Counted from the stretch's first letter, positions 26,656-41,320 are shown. The stretch: 64,000 nucleotides of DNA from Eledone cirrhosa (GCA_964016885.1 OZ024747.1:60822001-60886000), one strand, 5' to 3'. Numbers and translations are program-made. Notes: a model not told the origin generated them from the letters alone.

Positions 26656-27117
26656 GAATAATCGAGTATCGAAAAATCGGCGCACGAGTTCACGATAAAC
26701 AAAATTCGAGATGAGCAGCAGAGGGCTCCATAATTCAAATAAATCAGAGCTATAACTATCGTTTATATACCGTCACACGTAGAATATGTCTACAATCAAC
26801 CAAACGACCGAAAAATTGCGATATGGAAGATTCGGGACACTCAGATAAATTATCAATAAATCAAATGAATGTAAAAAGCATACCCGGACCCACTAGAGAG
26901 ATGGTATATCTAGCTTCTTGGGTTTCTGTAAATCCTTAAACCGTCCTCTATCAGCTCACATAAAAATATAAGACTTACAGACGACGGGGGACTGGAAATT
27001 TACTTCTTCAACGAGCTTTAGTCCGAACGAATGAAAAGACAAAACCCAGGCTGAAAATACGCACATGGATTTCAATATATGTAGAGTTTGTATTTAATTT
27101 GTTGGAATTCCAACAAA

Positions 27118-27279
27118 CATGTGTCATTGACCATAACCTCGGTGTCACCTCCGGCATGTGTCATTGACCATAACCTCAGTGGCACCTCGGGCATGTGTCA
27201 TTGACCATAACCTCAGTGGCACATCAGGCATGTGTCATTGACCATAACCTCGGTGGCACCTCCGGTATGTCATTGACCA
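27118..27279. repeat. ~37-bp tandem CATGTGTCATTGACCATAACCTCGGTGGCACCTCCGG, ~4.5 copies
   Basis: Direct reading. Confidence 0.9.
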
Positions 27280-28407
27280 AAGCTTCAAGAGTGAAATTGA
27301 ATAGATGAAACCTGTTTAGGAGCTAGTTGAATGGATTGTACCTATAATGAATGGAACCATCAGTAGATATTGCTTGCTTGGGTCCTCAATTCCAGATGAA
27401 ATCATAGAGACACTACCTTGACATGCTGTGTATTAGTCTTCTCACAACATGTCTGAGTGCCTGTGCATTCTTTCATGTTGTCTGTCCGTTTTCTCGTCTG
27501 TCACTCCTCTCTTTCTTCATCCCCTCCCAGAATTCCTCGTAGAAGGATCTTTACAAGGTCCCTTGATCTTGTTACATGGCTTTACCATCTCATCTTTCTT
27601 TTCTTCATTGTTGTAAGAAGGTTTTTTTTATGAAGAGGGGAGGAGTGTTCAATATGATGCTGAAGGGATTTGTAGACTTTTTTTTTTTCTTATGATGGTT
27701 CTAAGTATGAAATGCCTAAAATGCTGTGATAGCACCTCATTGCCAGTAGATATTCAAACCTATGATACACTTAGAGAAGTTTTCCAATGACTGTGTTTAT
27801 CGCAGAAGCCATAACTGACATCTGAATCACTTTCATTGTATTGAACATCATAAAGTAAAGAGGATCCTCTGAAACTGTCAAGTAGCTGACAGTCTCCCAG
27901 TTGGTTATATTATAAAATGCACACAGGACACTCTGTGAAGGGGAGATTAAATGGAGATAATATAAGATAGAATGGTATCTTCAGTCTGGCTGGACATGTA
28001 GCAATATCTCTAATATAGGTGCTATGGTATAAAACACCCAACACAGTCTGTAAAGTGATTGGTGGTTGAATAGAAACAATATAATGTAGAGAGAACTCTT
28101 CAGTTTGGCAGAGCATATGGCAGCCTCTCTGGTACTGGTACCACAATAAAATACATCCAGTTCACTCTGTTAAGTGGTAATTCTGGTACCACACTAAACG
28201 GTACTAATACAGTTTGTGAGGTGGTTGGTATTAGGAAAGGTATCTAGTCATAGAGAAGCCATGCCAAATATGGAATGTATGAGCTAGATGAAGTCTCTCT
28301 GATCCGTCTAGTCCGGGTTCTTGACAATCCATCCAGCCCATAACAACATGGAAAGCAGACATAAAATAATGATGAATGAAAAAAACAGTGATGCTTCTAG
28401 TTTCTCT

Positions 28408-28543
28408 TGTGAATTTTAATTTACTATTTTCTGTGCTATTTTCTGTGAATTTTAATTTACTATTTTCTGTGCTATTTTCTGTGAATTTTAATTTACTATT
28501 TTCTGTGCTATTTTCTGTGAATTTTAATTTACTATTTTCTGTA
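28408..28543. repeat. 36-bp tandem, ~4 copies
   Basis: TGTGAATTTTAATTTACTATTTTCTGTGCTATTTTC repeated. Confidence 0.9.
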
Positions 28544-29396
28544 TATTTTGAGACAAGGGGTTAACATTTCTCACTATACATTGAACATAAATGAGCTGCT
28601 GTATTTCTAGTTTACCATTTTTTTTTTTTAGCCAGGTCAGTCCAATATACTAAATTTATGGCCCAATTACTCTGTTCTGTGCCAAAAACATAAATAATTA
28701 AGTAGAATAAATGAATAAAATAAATAAATTATCAAGGTTATTAAATATGATGCCAAATTTATCAGTGTTTGTTTGATTATGTTGGTCCATTTAACATCAG
28801 CAGAATAACTCTTCTAGTTCTTCCCAATATCATGTTAATGGTTTATATCCTGTGTTAATTCTAACACATTTACACCATTTTCTCTCTGCTATTAAAAAAC
28901 ATATAATGGAATTTTTCCATAGAAATACAAATTTCGTTCAGCCCCATCCCTCACTTCCGATGCCATTAGCACCTCTAGATGCTGACAGGATTCTAATTGT
29001 CCCTCTATATTATTGTTTAGTTCTTGGAAAACGCATTAATTTCAAGTACAGCTGAACATTAAGTAATCTATTTTCTTCAAGAAAGTTTAAAACAAGAAAT
29101 GAAAATGTGATTCAGTTCATTTAATCTCTCATCACGGACATGATATGCTGTTGTTTAATAAAACTCAAAGCTACTATTTTATTTATAAACACAATAAACA
29201 TTATTTTCAGAGAGACAAATGCTTGGCAAACATTATATGTGTGGATTAACATTGTTAACCCTTTCAATGGTAACCAAGCCAAAACCTCTTCTCGTTCTAT
29301 GAAACTAATCCATCTATTTTAAACATTACATTAAAAATGTTGAAAATGATGGAGAATTTGAAGGGATCTAGTAATATAACTTTATTAATTCTTCAA

Positions 29397-29616
29397 CCCT
29401 TTAATATTCAAACTGGCCAAAACTGGCCAGAATTCTCTACCGTTTTCTGTTGAAACTGGCTGTAAATGGCCACTCATACTGATGTTAAGGTATTGTTCTC
29501 AAAATAAATACTTTCAAAATCTCATAGATTCGATACTATGTGAGATAATTATGCGAGGTAAAGCCTTTACCATGAAAATATAATAGTATATATAGAGTAA
29601 TGTGAATGCTAAAGAG
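29397..29616. mobile_element. piggyBac-like MITE
   Basis: Same ~220-bp family as 45168 and 61268. Confidence 0.7.
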
Positions 29617-30445
29617 TAGAAAACCATTTTGTTAACAGGCTTGTTAATTCAAAGGTTTATAGTGAACATCCATCACTCAATGTGTGTGGGTATTTGTGTG
29701 AATGTATGTATGTGTAAAAGGAAGGAAGGGATGGTGTAAAAACTATACCAAAACAGCAGTTGGCATTACATTTGCTACGCTGCGTGTGAGTGTATGTGTT
29801 TGTGTAAATGTATGGGTGTGTTTGTGTGAATGTATGTGTATGTTTGTGTGAATGTATGTCTGTCAGTGTATATTTTTGTAAGTGTATCTGTGTTTCTGCG
29901 TTTATATTTATATACTCATAAATGAGGTTGGCATTAGGAAGGTCATCCAGCTGTACAAACCAAACTAAAATCAGTTCTGTATGAGCAAGACATGGTCACC
30001 TGACCTAGCATTGCCCACAACAGGACAACTCGTCTAACCCATGCTAGCTTGGAAAACTGGACGTAGAATGGTGATGATGATGATGACATATAAATGTATG
30101 CATATGCATGCATAAACTCACGCGCACACACACTATACACATATGCATCAGCGTGTTGAAAAAAATCCTCGTTAGGTAAATTTTCAACATTAAATTGAAG
30201 ACATTAATATTTAATGTGATAAAATCATAGCATTGTTTTTGTATTGTTCAATAATGGCTTCCTCATTTGGTTTCATGTGATACCAAACGTCAGAAGTTAA
30301 GCAGATGTTAGGAATATAACAAACGGTTGTTTCATAAAATTATATTGACTGGTTTTAATCTAAATATAAACAATTTAAAACTGCTTTGTATCATTGGATG
30401 AGGGCTGATATCAGGCAATTTGATATCAGAAATATTAAAGGGTTT

Positions 30446-30680
30446 CTCATCATCATCATCGTTGTTTTGTTTTTTTTACACCCCCTTTTTCATGCTTGCA
30501 TGGGTTGGACAGGTCCTTCTCACCATGGCATCTCTCCACTTGTCACTTTCCTTCATCATCTCCTCTGCCAGTCTTACCGATTTGAGGTCAGCTCTCACAA
30601 CCTCTGCCCAGGTCTTTTTTGATTGTCCTCTATTGCGGTTTTCTTCCACAAGGATTTCTTGGAATTTCTTCAATCATTGG
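30446..30680 (-). mobile_element. RTE LINE extreme 3' end
   Basis: KKFQEILVEENRNRGQSKKTWAEVVRADL..., same family as 20862. Confidence 0.8.
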
Positions 30681-30889
30681 TCATTGTCCATGTCCAACAC
30701 TACACCTGGACATGCGTACATGTCCTCCACACATGCGTACATGTATATGTCTGTGTGTATATCCTGACTCAAACACTGTTCACTTTCCAGACATTTGTAC
30801 ATTATTCTATGTACTATACATGCACCTTTGATAAGTTGTAGTGCACCCGAGTACTGTACACAATAATTTTCATTATTGTAAACCACTGT

Positions 30890-31085
30890 GAGGGTTCTAT
30901 TGGCAGTATTGGTAGAGGGTCGGTTGCCATGCTTTGCAGCATAGAGTTACGGCCCTTTACGGTCTGAGTTCAAATCCCGTCGAAGTTAACTTTGCCTATC
31001 ATCCTTACGGGGTCGATAAAATAAAGTACCAGTAATGCACTGGGATAATTGCTGGCCTTGTGCCAAAAGTAGAAACAATTATTAT
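30890..31085 (+). mobile_element. SINE family B
   Basis: Full head, central domain and tail. Confidence 0.85.
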
Positions 31086-31603
31086 AAACCTCTGTGGACT
31101 ATAGTGGAGGTTTTATCTTTTGTCCTCTTACTATGTGTAACTATAACACTATAGTGTACACCATAAGGAGGCCTTTATCTCTCTCCTCCCCTACTATAGC
31201 TAACTCTAATAGATTATAACACTCAATAGAACGTTGTAGAATATAGTCTCACCTAGATATATATCAGTGTAAGGCTGACATCAAAAGTGTTAAACTGAAG
31301 GAGGAGGGAGAGTAATAGTGATGGTGGTGGTAGTAGTAGTAGTGGGGTAGTAGTTATGGTGGTGGTGGTGGTGGTGGTGGTGGTAGTAGTAATAACAACG
31401 GTGGTAGTGGTATAAGTAGTAGTAGTAGTAGTAGTGGTGGTAGTAGTAGTGGGGTAGTAATTACGGTGGTGGTGGTGGTAGTAGTAATAACAACAGTGGT
31501 AGTGGTATAAGTAGTTGTAGTAGTAGTAGTAATATTGGTGGTGGTGGTGGTGGTAGTAATATTGGTAGTAGAAGTGGTGGTAGTAGTAGTAATTATAGTG
31601 GTG

Positions 31604-31636
<33 letters not shown>

Positions 31637-32304
31637 ATAACAGTGGTAGAAGTAGTAGTAGTAGTGTTTGCTTTGAAAGTAAAGAGTAGCCCTTCCATTG
31701 GAATTGCCCATTATCCAATCAATTCTTTAAGATTGAGGAGAGAGAGAAAGAGAGGCTGTGTGTGTGTGTGTGATGGAGAGTGGCCTAGGGGCAGGTGTGG
31801 GTGTGTGGGGGGGGGGGCTATTTTATGTGAGAAGGGGAGAGGGTGGAGATAAAAGTGACATCCAAAATGTAAAACTTAAAATCCTTTCTCATTTAAAATG
31901 GATGACTGCCAAATTTAATGAAACAGTCGAATAAGGACATGGTTCTTCCTACATTGTGATAGTCTAATTAAGAGCCTATTATCTGCTTAAACCAAGACTC
32001 TTAGCCACATTGATTGATGCCACTCTCAGAGAGATAATGATCCAGATAATAGCAGTGGTTATATGGCAATTGGATATACAGGCAGGGACATCAGCTGCAA
32101 AACTTCAAATTAAAATATTTCTTACATCTGATTCATTTTCTTGCTTTCTTTCTACCTGAAATTTCCTCAATTGAGATGGAAGGAATTTCTATCTGATTAT
32201 TGAATCACATGGCATGGGTAGGAGGTGAATGTGATGGGGTGATGGGGTGATGGGGTGAGATGGGGGTGAACTTTGGTAGGTGGCAGCAGAAATATATATA
32301 TATA

Positions 32305-32745
32305 TCATCATCATCATCACCGTTTTACGTCCGTTCTTCCACGCTAGAATGGGTTAGACGGGTTGTCCTGTTGTGGGCAGTGTCTGGTTGGCTGACCATG
32401 CCTTGCTCATACAGGAACTGATTTTGGCTTGATTTCTACAGCTGGATGCCCTTCCTAACACCAACCTCATTTACAGTGAGTGCAGGGTGCTTTTTCGTGG
32501 CGCCTACACGACCACTTTACAGTGTGGGCTGGGTGCTTTTTTGCCGTGGCACCTCCACGACCACCTTGCAGTGGGAGGGTGTGGGGCATATTGTCTATAT
32601 GCTTCAGCTTGTACCCATGGGAGGTCGGGTACTCCGTATTACTGCGTGATGCCAGAGGTCACAGTCATGTGTCATCGCCTTGGAGAGGTGTAGTTGGGTA
32701 AGGTCGGCTTTTATCACCTCATCCCAGGTCATCTTGGGTCTCCCC
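32305..32745 (-). mobile_element. RTE LINE 3' end and UTR
   Basis: Minus-strand GRPKMTWDEVIKADL plus the shared tail. Confidence 0.75.
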
Positions 32746-32845
32746 AATATAAATATCTACCATCATCAACATCCCCATATATATATATATATATATAGAA
32801 AGAGAGAGAGAGGCACATGACTTAGTGGTTAGAGCATTGGTCTTG

Positions 32846-32879
<34 letters not shown>

Positions 32880-33364
32880 CCAAAGATTAATATGGTTCGT
32901 TGATTACTCAACGAATACAGTTTTACAATAGATTAGAAGCACTCAACAATATATTTATATATATATATATATATGGGAATGATGATGGTAGATATTTATA
33001 CATTCACACACATATCCTATATATGCACTAACATATCATATATAAACACATACCCCCGCCACACACACCACACACACACATATATATATCATCATCATTT
33101 AACTTCCAATTTCCATGGTAGCATGGGTTAGACGGGTTGTCCCATTAGATGCAAGTTGGGTTAGGTGACTGTATCTTGCTCATATAGAACTGGTTTTGGG
33201 TAGGTTTCTGTAGTTGGATGCCCTTCCTAATGCTAACCACATTTACAGTGAGTGCTGGGTGCTTTCTGTTATGTCTCCTACACAACCACTTTACAGTGTG
33301 GACTGGATGCTTTTTGTTGTGACACCTATATATATAGGTGTCACAACAAAAAAAATATATATAT

Positions 33365-33551
33365 AGTAATAATAATAAATTTGAAGACTAAAATCCAAAG
33401 TAGGCTCAATAAGGATAAATATCTATCAAATATATAAGAACCCTAGAGCAAATATTTATTAAAATAACAGATTAAAGTTTAAGCAAAGAATCATTAAGGG
33501 TGAAAGCAGCGATTCTTTGCTTAAACTTTAATCTGTTATTTTAATAAATAT
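33365..33551 (-). mobile_element. Tail + hairpin insertion in (TA)n
   Basis: Perfect ~41-bp arms across 33452-33551 with an 18-nt loop. Confidence 0.6.
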
Positions 33552-34002
33552 ATATATATATATGGTATTAGGATTGGTGCTCTGAAATAGCGATGTATAC
33601 ATGAATGTATGTATAGTAAATTTGGCAATATACTGTATGTTTAATTTAAAACATTTTAAAGACCATTCCCTATGAGTTTTAAAGTAGTGACTATGTCACT
33701 TACTTATTCTCGGTAAAAACAACTAAGATATATATATTATATATTTGCAATCAGGGAAAAGCAAACGTAAAATGATGATGAATGATTGGAAAATGGGGAA
33801 GATCCTTGGTACAGTTAGGTATATTTGAATAAATAAAATGTACCCAGTGCTCGTTTAAAATGGTTAACATTAGGAAGAACATCTAGCCATATTAACCATG
33901 CCAAACAAAGGGCCAAGAGGATACATCCGATGTGCGTAAGACATGGTAGTCTACTTATTGCTGCTGTAACAGTTATGGGACTTAAACACACACATACATA
34001 TA

Positions 34003-34168
34003 TAATTGTTTCTACCTTTGGCACAAGGCCAGCAACTATCCCAGTACATTACTGGTACTTTATTTTATCGACCCCGTAAGGATGAAAGGCAAAGTTAACC
34101 TCGGCGAGATTTGAACTCAGACCATAGAGGGCCGTAACTCTTTGCTGCAAAGCATGGCGTCCGACCCT
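34003..34168 (-). mobile_element. SINE family B
   Basis: Reverse complement of the family B consensus. Confidence 0.85.
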
Positions 34169-34370
34169 CTACCGATACTGCCAATCCACATATATAATGG
34201 CTGCATCCCAGATTCAAGAATTGCCATCCCTTTACCTTTTTCCCATACATGGGTAGCACATACATGGCTTTTTAGCCCTTCCAAGGACTTGCATTCTTTT
34301 CTGCACATGCTGCAGTGAAAGAAAACATAAAAGGCCATACTCATGCAACACACTTGAAAAAATTGTTTAG

Positions 34371-34718
34371 CCCTTTCGCATTTGCATTACTCTATATATA
34401 CTATTATATTTTTGAGTTCAAATCCTGCCGAGGTTAACTTTGCCTTTCATCCATACGGGGTCGATAAAATAAAGTACCAGTAATGCATTGGGTTATTGCT
34501 GGCCTTGTGCCAAAAGTAGAAGAAAAAAAATTATATTTTCACAGTAAAGTCTTTATCTCACATGATTATCTCACATAATATCGAGCCTATGAGATTTTGA
34601 TATTACTTATTTTGAGAACAATGCCTTAACATCAGTATGAGTGGCCAGTTATGGCCGGTTTGAACAAAAAGAGGTGAGAGAATTCTGGCTGGATACAGCC
34701 AGTTTAAATGCTGAAGGG
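34371..34718. mobile_element. piggyBac-like MITE interrupted by a SINE B fragment (~34412-34525)
   Basis: MITE halves flank the SINE sequence. Confidence 0.75.
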
Positions 34719-35014
34719 TTAGATCAAGTGATGCCTAAACTTATGTAAGTTCTTTCACTTGACCAATTCCACGCTCTGAACAATGGTGACAGGTATCCAA
34801 ACAGAAGAATAGGTCAACATCAATGGCTGCCATCAAGTAGCAGGTTTTACATCAGGGTTTTCCTTCTCCTAGAATGATGTCCTAATAAGAACTAGGTGTT
34901 GCACTCCCGGTAGACTAACTGCATACCCAGGCACCAAACTGTACACTCTATATATTGTGGATGTCTCTAATGAATCTACTAATGTATTGTGATTACTGTG
35001 TATATATTAGTAAC

Positions 35015-35919
35015 ACCATTACCATCATCATCATCACCATCACCTTCATCATGCAGTAATGGCTGTGGTAGTAGTAGTAGCAGTGGTGATGGTTGTGGTG
35101 GTAGCAGAGGTGGTAGTGATGGGGGTGATGGCTGAGGTAGTAGTGGTGGTGGTAGTAGTGGTGGTAGCAGTGGTGGTGGAGATGGTTGTGGTGGTATCAG
35201 AGGTGGTAGTGATGGGGGTGATGGTGGTGGTAGTAGTGGTGGTAGCAGTGGTGGTGGAGATGGTTGTGGTGGTAGCAGAGGTGGTAGTGATGGTAGTGAT
35301 GGGGGTGATGGCTGTGGTAGTAGTGGTGGTGGTAGTAGTGGTGGTGGTGATGGTTGTGGTGGTAGCAGAGGTGGTAGTGATGGGGGTGATGGCTGAGGTA
35401 GTAGTGGTGGTGGTAGCAGTGGTGGTGGAGATGGTTGTGGTGGTAGCAGAGGTGGTAGTGATGGTAGTGATGGGGGTGATGGCTGTGGTAGTAGTGGTGG
35501 TGGTAGTAGTGGTGGTGGTAGTAGTGGTGGTGGTAGTAGTGGTGGTAGCAGTGGTGATGGTTGTGGTGGTAGCAGAGGTGGTAGTGATGGGGGTGATGGC
35601 TGAGGTAGTAGTGGTAGTGGTGGTGGTAGCAGTGGTGGTGGTGATGGTTGTGGTGGTAGCAGAGGTGGTAGTGATGGTAGTGATGGGGGTGATGGCTGTG
35701 GTAGTAGTGGTGGTGGTAGTAGTGGTGGTGGTAGTAGTGGTGGTGGTAGTAGTGGTGGTAGCAGTGGTGATGGTTGTAGTGGTAGCAGTGGTGGTGGTGA
35801 TGGTGGTAGTGATGTTTGTAGTGATAGCAAAGGCGGTAGGGATGGTAGAGGTGGTGGTGATGGCTGTGGAAGTATCAGTGGTGGTGGTGGTGATGGTTGT
35901 ATTACTAGCTGTGCTGGCT

Positions 35920-35951
<32 letters not shown>

Positions 35952-37340
35952 AGTGGTCGTGGTAGTGGTGGTCGTGGTAGCAGTGGTGGTAGCAGTGGTA
36001 GTGGTAGTTGTGGTGGTGGTGGTAGTGGTAGTAGTGGTGGTGGTGGTGGCAGTGGTGGTAGCAGTGGTAGTAGTAGTTGTGGTGGTGGTAGCAGTGGGCA
36101 GTGGTGGTGGTGGTGGTGGCAGTGGTGATGTGTATAGTGATAGCAGCGGTAGTAGTGATAGTAGTGGTGATGGCTGTGGTAGTAGTGGTGGTGGTAGTGG
36201 TGGTGGCGGTGGTGGTGGCGGTGGTAGAAGTGGTAGTAGTGGTTGTGGTGGTGGTAGCAGTGGTGGTGGTGGTAGTAGTTGTGGTGGCAGTGGTGGTGGC
36301 AGTGGTGGTGGTGGTGGTAGTGGTGATGTGTGTAGTGATAGCTGAGGTGGTAGTAGATGTGATGGCTGTGGTAGTAGTAGTGGTGGTGGCAGTGGTGTGT
36401 AAAACATTACTTTAGGCAATTCTTTACAGAAGATTTGATATGAATTCATGAAGGATGTGAAATTATAAAGGGTTGGGTGAAGGAGGGGGGGGGGGCTGAG
36501 ACAGGTGTAGAAACAGAAATAATATTAAACAACAACATCACATAATAATAACATCATATAGCAACAACAATAACAATACATATAACAACAACAATCAAAA
36601 CAACATTATACACAACAACAACAATGACACAACAAAATAATAATAATATATCTCACACAAACAACAACATAACATACATTACAACAATAACAACAACAAC
36701 ATAACATACCTCTCAACAACAATAACAACACACAACAACAACAACAACACAACAACAACTATAGCAACAACATAACATACCTCACAACAACAACAACAAC
36801 ACTTAACAACAATAACATGCATAGCAACAACTATAACAACATAACATACCTCACAATAACAACAACAGCAATAACAACACACATAACAACAACTAAAACA
36901 ACATGATAACATACCTCACACAAACAACAATAACAACACACATAACAAGAACAACAACAACAGCAATAGCAACAACAATAATAACATACACAACAATAAC
37001 AACAACAACACATAACAACAGTAACATGCATAGCAACAACTATAACAACATAACATACCTCACAATAACAACAACAGCAATAACAACACACATAACAACA
37101 ACTAAAACAACATGATAACATACCTCACAACAACAACAATAACAACACACATAACAAGAACAACAATAGCAACAGCAATAACAACAATAATAACAATAAC
37201 AACAACAATAATAACAATAACAACAACAGCAACAGCAATAACAACATACATAACAATAACAACAATAATAACAACAATAACAACAACAATAACAACAACA
37301 ATAACAACAATAACAACAACACACATAACAACAACAACAA
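35015..37340. repeat. (GGT/AGT)n compound repeat and (ACA/ATA)n tract
   Basis: Direct reading. Confidence 0.95.
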
Positions 37341-38219
37341 CTCTCTGCCACAGCTAATCCATGGCATGTAACATGATTTACAACTAACCACAACATCCAC
37401 CTTAATATAATTTATCACAAATCTCACATCATTAATAATTCATATTGGAAGAACAATCCAGAATATATTCCCCAAACACATCCTACATTCTTTGCCAAAC
37501 TTAAAGAATTTTACTTGTTTTTCTTTCTTTACCAAATTTGGTTCCAATGCTATGATTTCATCTAACCTTTACCTTGCAGAGTGCATGGAGGTGGGAAATG
37601 AAAAATGAAAAATTGCTCAAGTTATACTGTTTTGCATCTCTGCTACTTCTAACACTAACCACTCTAGGTGGTCGTTTTGATCTGCTGGAAATAGCAACCA
37701 AATCTATCTCAAATTTCACTCTACACTGCCTTAACCCATTAGCATTTACATTACTCTATATTTCATCATCATCATTATGAAAAGACTAAAAGATATAATT
37801 TTTATGTCAAGTTATAATGCAGCATATAAGAAAGGTTTAATTAGCTACTATAATTAATTATTATTGTATTCTGGATTTAAGAGTTTATATTTTTATAGAA
37901 AGGTGGACTTGATACTCTAAATTTCATCATTATCATCAATTAACGTTCTATCTTCCACACTAGCATGGGTTAGACAGGTTTATTTCATTTAAATGCAAGT
38001 TGGGTCGGTGACCATGTCTCACTCACATAGGAGAGTTTACTATTATATTTTTATGGTAAAGGCTTTACCTCACATAATTATCTCACATAATATCGAATCT
38101 AAGAGATTTTGATATTATTTATTTTAAGAACAATACCTTAACTTCAATATGAACAGCCAGTTACAACTGGTTTGAATAGAAAGAAGTGAGAGAATTCTGG
38201 CTGGATACGACTGGTTTAA

Positions 38220-38429
38220 CCCTTTTGCATTTACATTACTCTATGTTTACTATTATATTTTTATGGTAAAGGCTTTACCTCACATAGTTAGCTCACTTTA
38301 TGAGATTTTGAAATTATTTATTTTAAAAACAATACCTTAACATCAGTATGAGCAGCTAGTTACAACCAGTTTAAACAGAAAGAGGTGAGAGAATTCTGGC
38401 CAGATATGGCCAGTTTAAATGCTATAGGG
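38220..38429. mobile_element. piggyBac-like MITE abutting a second partial copy (~38034-38219)
   Basis: TTAA|CCCTTTTGCAT...ATGCTATAGGG|TTAA. Confidence 0.8.
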
Positions 38430-38844
38430 TTAACACTGTTGTGATCATATTGCTATTTCAATTAATTAATGAAAAATTTGAAGATATTTACCAAAAATTA
38501 TTAATTATTTCAGTACTAAGATTAGTAGTGACTTAAAATATGGTTGGAAGATTAATATTTAAATTCAAACTTAGACCTTGGGACTATATGTAAGCTAGAT
38601 GCAGATCCTGGACTGTGTAGGAAGTCAGTAGCCCTGTTTCGGTACTGAAGCAGTCTGTGAAGACAAGTCCAACCTTTGCTAGAAGGGTAAGCAGATGTTA
38701 AATGATAATAATCATGATGATAATAAAACCTTTTAAAATGGATGGTTTTATTTCATAGAACCAAAGCCAATTTTGGGTGGGTTGATAGAAATAGGGATAA
38801 CAGAAAAAGAACACATTGGATAATATAGTTCAAGATACATTATG

Positions 38845-39190
38845 TTTCTTCTTCGCCCACTTATTCCTGAGAGGGGACAGAATCCTCAAACACTCCTTCC
38901 AGCAGGTCCTGTCAGAAGCAACCATCTCCAACTGATCCAGCTGGATCCCCAAGCGTGACCAGCCAAGCTCATGGATGTTATCCAACCATCTTGCTCAGAG
39001 TCTACCCCTGGGTCTCCTGCTGGTTGGTTTCGCCAGTAAAATCTGTCCGATTCTTTCCTGAGACATTCTAACCACATGCCCATAATATCAGAGCTGTGAT
39101 CTCTCAATTTGGAGAAGCAGTGACTCTCTGATCTCCACGCTGTGCATTCTATCACATAACATTACTCCAAAGACCACTTGCATTACTCCA
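38845..39190 (-). mobile_element. Degraded RTE (Expander/Rex3-like) C-terminal fragment
   Basis: Related fragments at 13940, 40570-40770 and 45403-45520; decayed R-W..I..L.W-type motifs. Confidence 0.5.
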
Positions 39191-39372
39191 ATGCTTGACT
39201 GGTAAAATACAGGGTAGTCATGTCTGGAATGCCTTGATCCTAAGTTGCTCAAAGATCTGATCTGTGGTTAACTAACAATTTGATAACATTTTTATAGCAT
39301 GGGATGAATTGATTTGTGTTTTGAGATCAAACTTCGTTTTTCATCCTTCTGTATTATTATTATTTGCAGTAT

Positions 39373-39778
39373 CGATTGGCAGTATTGGTAGAGAGTCGGA
39401 CGCCATGCTTTGCAGCTTGGAGTTACGTCCCTTTATGTTCCGAGTTCAAATCCCGCCAAAGTTAGGTTTGCCTTTCATCCTTACGGGGGTCAATAAAATA
39501 AAGTACCAGTAATGCACTGGGTAATTGCTGGCCTTGTGCCAAAAGTAGCAACAATTATTATTATTATTATTGGCAGTATCAGTATAGCATTGGACAACAT
39601 GCCTGGCTGCATAGAGTTACAACCCTTTATGTTCTGATTTCAAATCCTGCCGAGGTTAGTTTTGCCTTTCATCTTTATAGGTTTGATGAAATAAAGTACC
39701 AGTAATGCACTGGTATCGATATAATTGACTTACCCTTTCCCAAAAAATTGTTGGCCTTGTGCCTCAATCAGAAACCAT

Positions 39779-39780
<2 letters not shown>
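39373..39780 (+). mobile_element. Two tandem SINE family B copies
   Basis: Family B central domain occurs twice. Confidence 0.8.
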
Positions 39781-39811
<31 letters not shown>

Positions 39812-40796
39812 CACTGCTACTACTACCACCATCACCACCACTACTACTACTACCACTACTCCTACTACCACCACCACCACCAGTACTACTACTACTACAA
39901 CAAGACAATTTTGAAATGTATTATATCAGAGATATTGATATATTCCAGTATGTTAAAACCCAAATGTGTTTCACCATATCTATTTTGATTCCACCACTTT
40001 TACTCTCTTGGAGATGTTTCACCATTTCTAAAGATTCTCTAGTAGTTATATTATTTCATCTACATTCACTATCTCTTGATATGCCTTGTTTCTTTGTATT
40101 GGTTCCTTCTTAAATTCCTTCTATTGATTTCTGATACTTCCTTTCTAATCTTCCATAGATCTTTGATCCTATATTCTTCAGTTCCTACATTTAGAAAAGT
40201 TGATTCAAGCTTCTCTTTGGGCAAGTGTCTTCTACCATAGACTTGGTCAGCCTAAAGCTTAACCTATCACCTAGTTCAAGACCAGAACCTTGACCTTGAG
40301 TGTCTTTATTGAAGCTCACTCTGTTAGAAGCATTTTAACCAAGACTGTATGGTTACTTCCTCTTTAAAATTTTGTTACTATATTTCTAATGAAAGACACT
40401 GCCTATGATTTTCAAATCATTTTTAAAATAAACAAAACCATGAAAAGATTTTATATTATATATACTATTACTAACTTACTCATTATGAAGCTGGTGTGTG
40501 TAACATGACTTAACAAAGGTTTTTATGTAAAACTATGATTAAAGGCTTTTAGATAATTAAAAACACTTTTTAAATGGGGTTCCTCCAAAGGGTCTTTGGA
40601 GTAACATTACTTAATAGAGTGCGTAGCTCGGAGATTAGAGAGTCACTCCAGTTAGAGTTGCTACTTCCCTGAATTGAGAGATCACAGCTGTGATACTGTG
40701 GGTGTGTTTAGAATGTCTCAGGAAAGAATCTCTTGACAGATTTAACAGGCAAAACCTATCAACAGTAGACAGCAGTATATATGTATATATATAAAT

Positions 40797-41320
40797 CATT
40801 TCATCATCATCATTTCATTTTACGTCCACTTTCCCTGCTTGCAAGGGTGGGACGGGAACTGATTCTGGCTTGATTTCTACAGCTGGATGCCCTTCCTAAC
40901 ACCAACCTCATTTACAGTGAGTGCTGGGTGCTTTTTTGCCGTGGCACCGCCACGACCACTTTGCAGTGGAATGATAGGGACCCCAGTCCTATCATCTCAT
41001 TTCTACAGCTGAGTAAACTGGAGCAATGTGAAATAAAGTGTCTTGTTCAACGAAACAACACATCACCCGGTCTGAGAATTGAATTCACAACCTTTCGATT
41101 GCAAGGCCAATGCTCTAACCACTAAGCCATGTGCCTATATATAATTGTTTCTACTTTTGGCACAAGACCAGTAATTATCCCAGTGTATTACTGGTACTTT
41201 ATCTTACCGTCCCCGTAAGGATGAAAGGCAAAGTTAACCTCCACAGGATTTGAACTCAGATCATAAAGGGTCGTAACTCTATGCTTCAAAGCATGGCGTC
41301 TGACCCTCTACCGATACTGC
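40797..41320 (-). mobile_element. SINE family A (40797-41136) and SINE family B (41143-41320)
   Basis: Match 416-760 and family B respectively. Confidence 0.85.

Noticed and set aside
27440-27770. Possible BovB/RTE-like decayed fragment on the minus strand
   Set aside because: Only a faint resemblance in translation; it cannot be supported without a search.
31860-32200. Unique segments between repeats as possible exons (also 19030-19170, 44134-44440, 55045-55425)
   Set aside because: No recognisable protein motif or convincing splice-bounded open frame was found.
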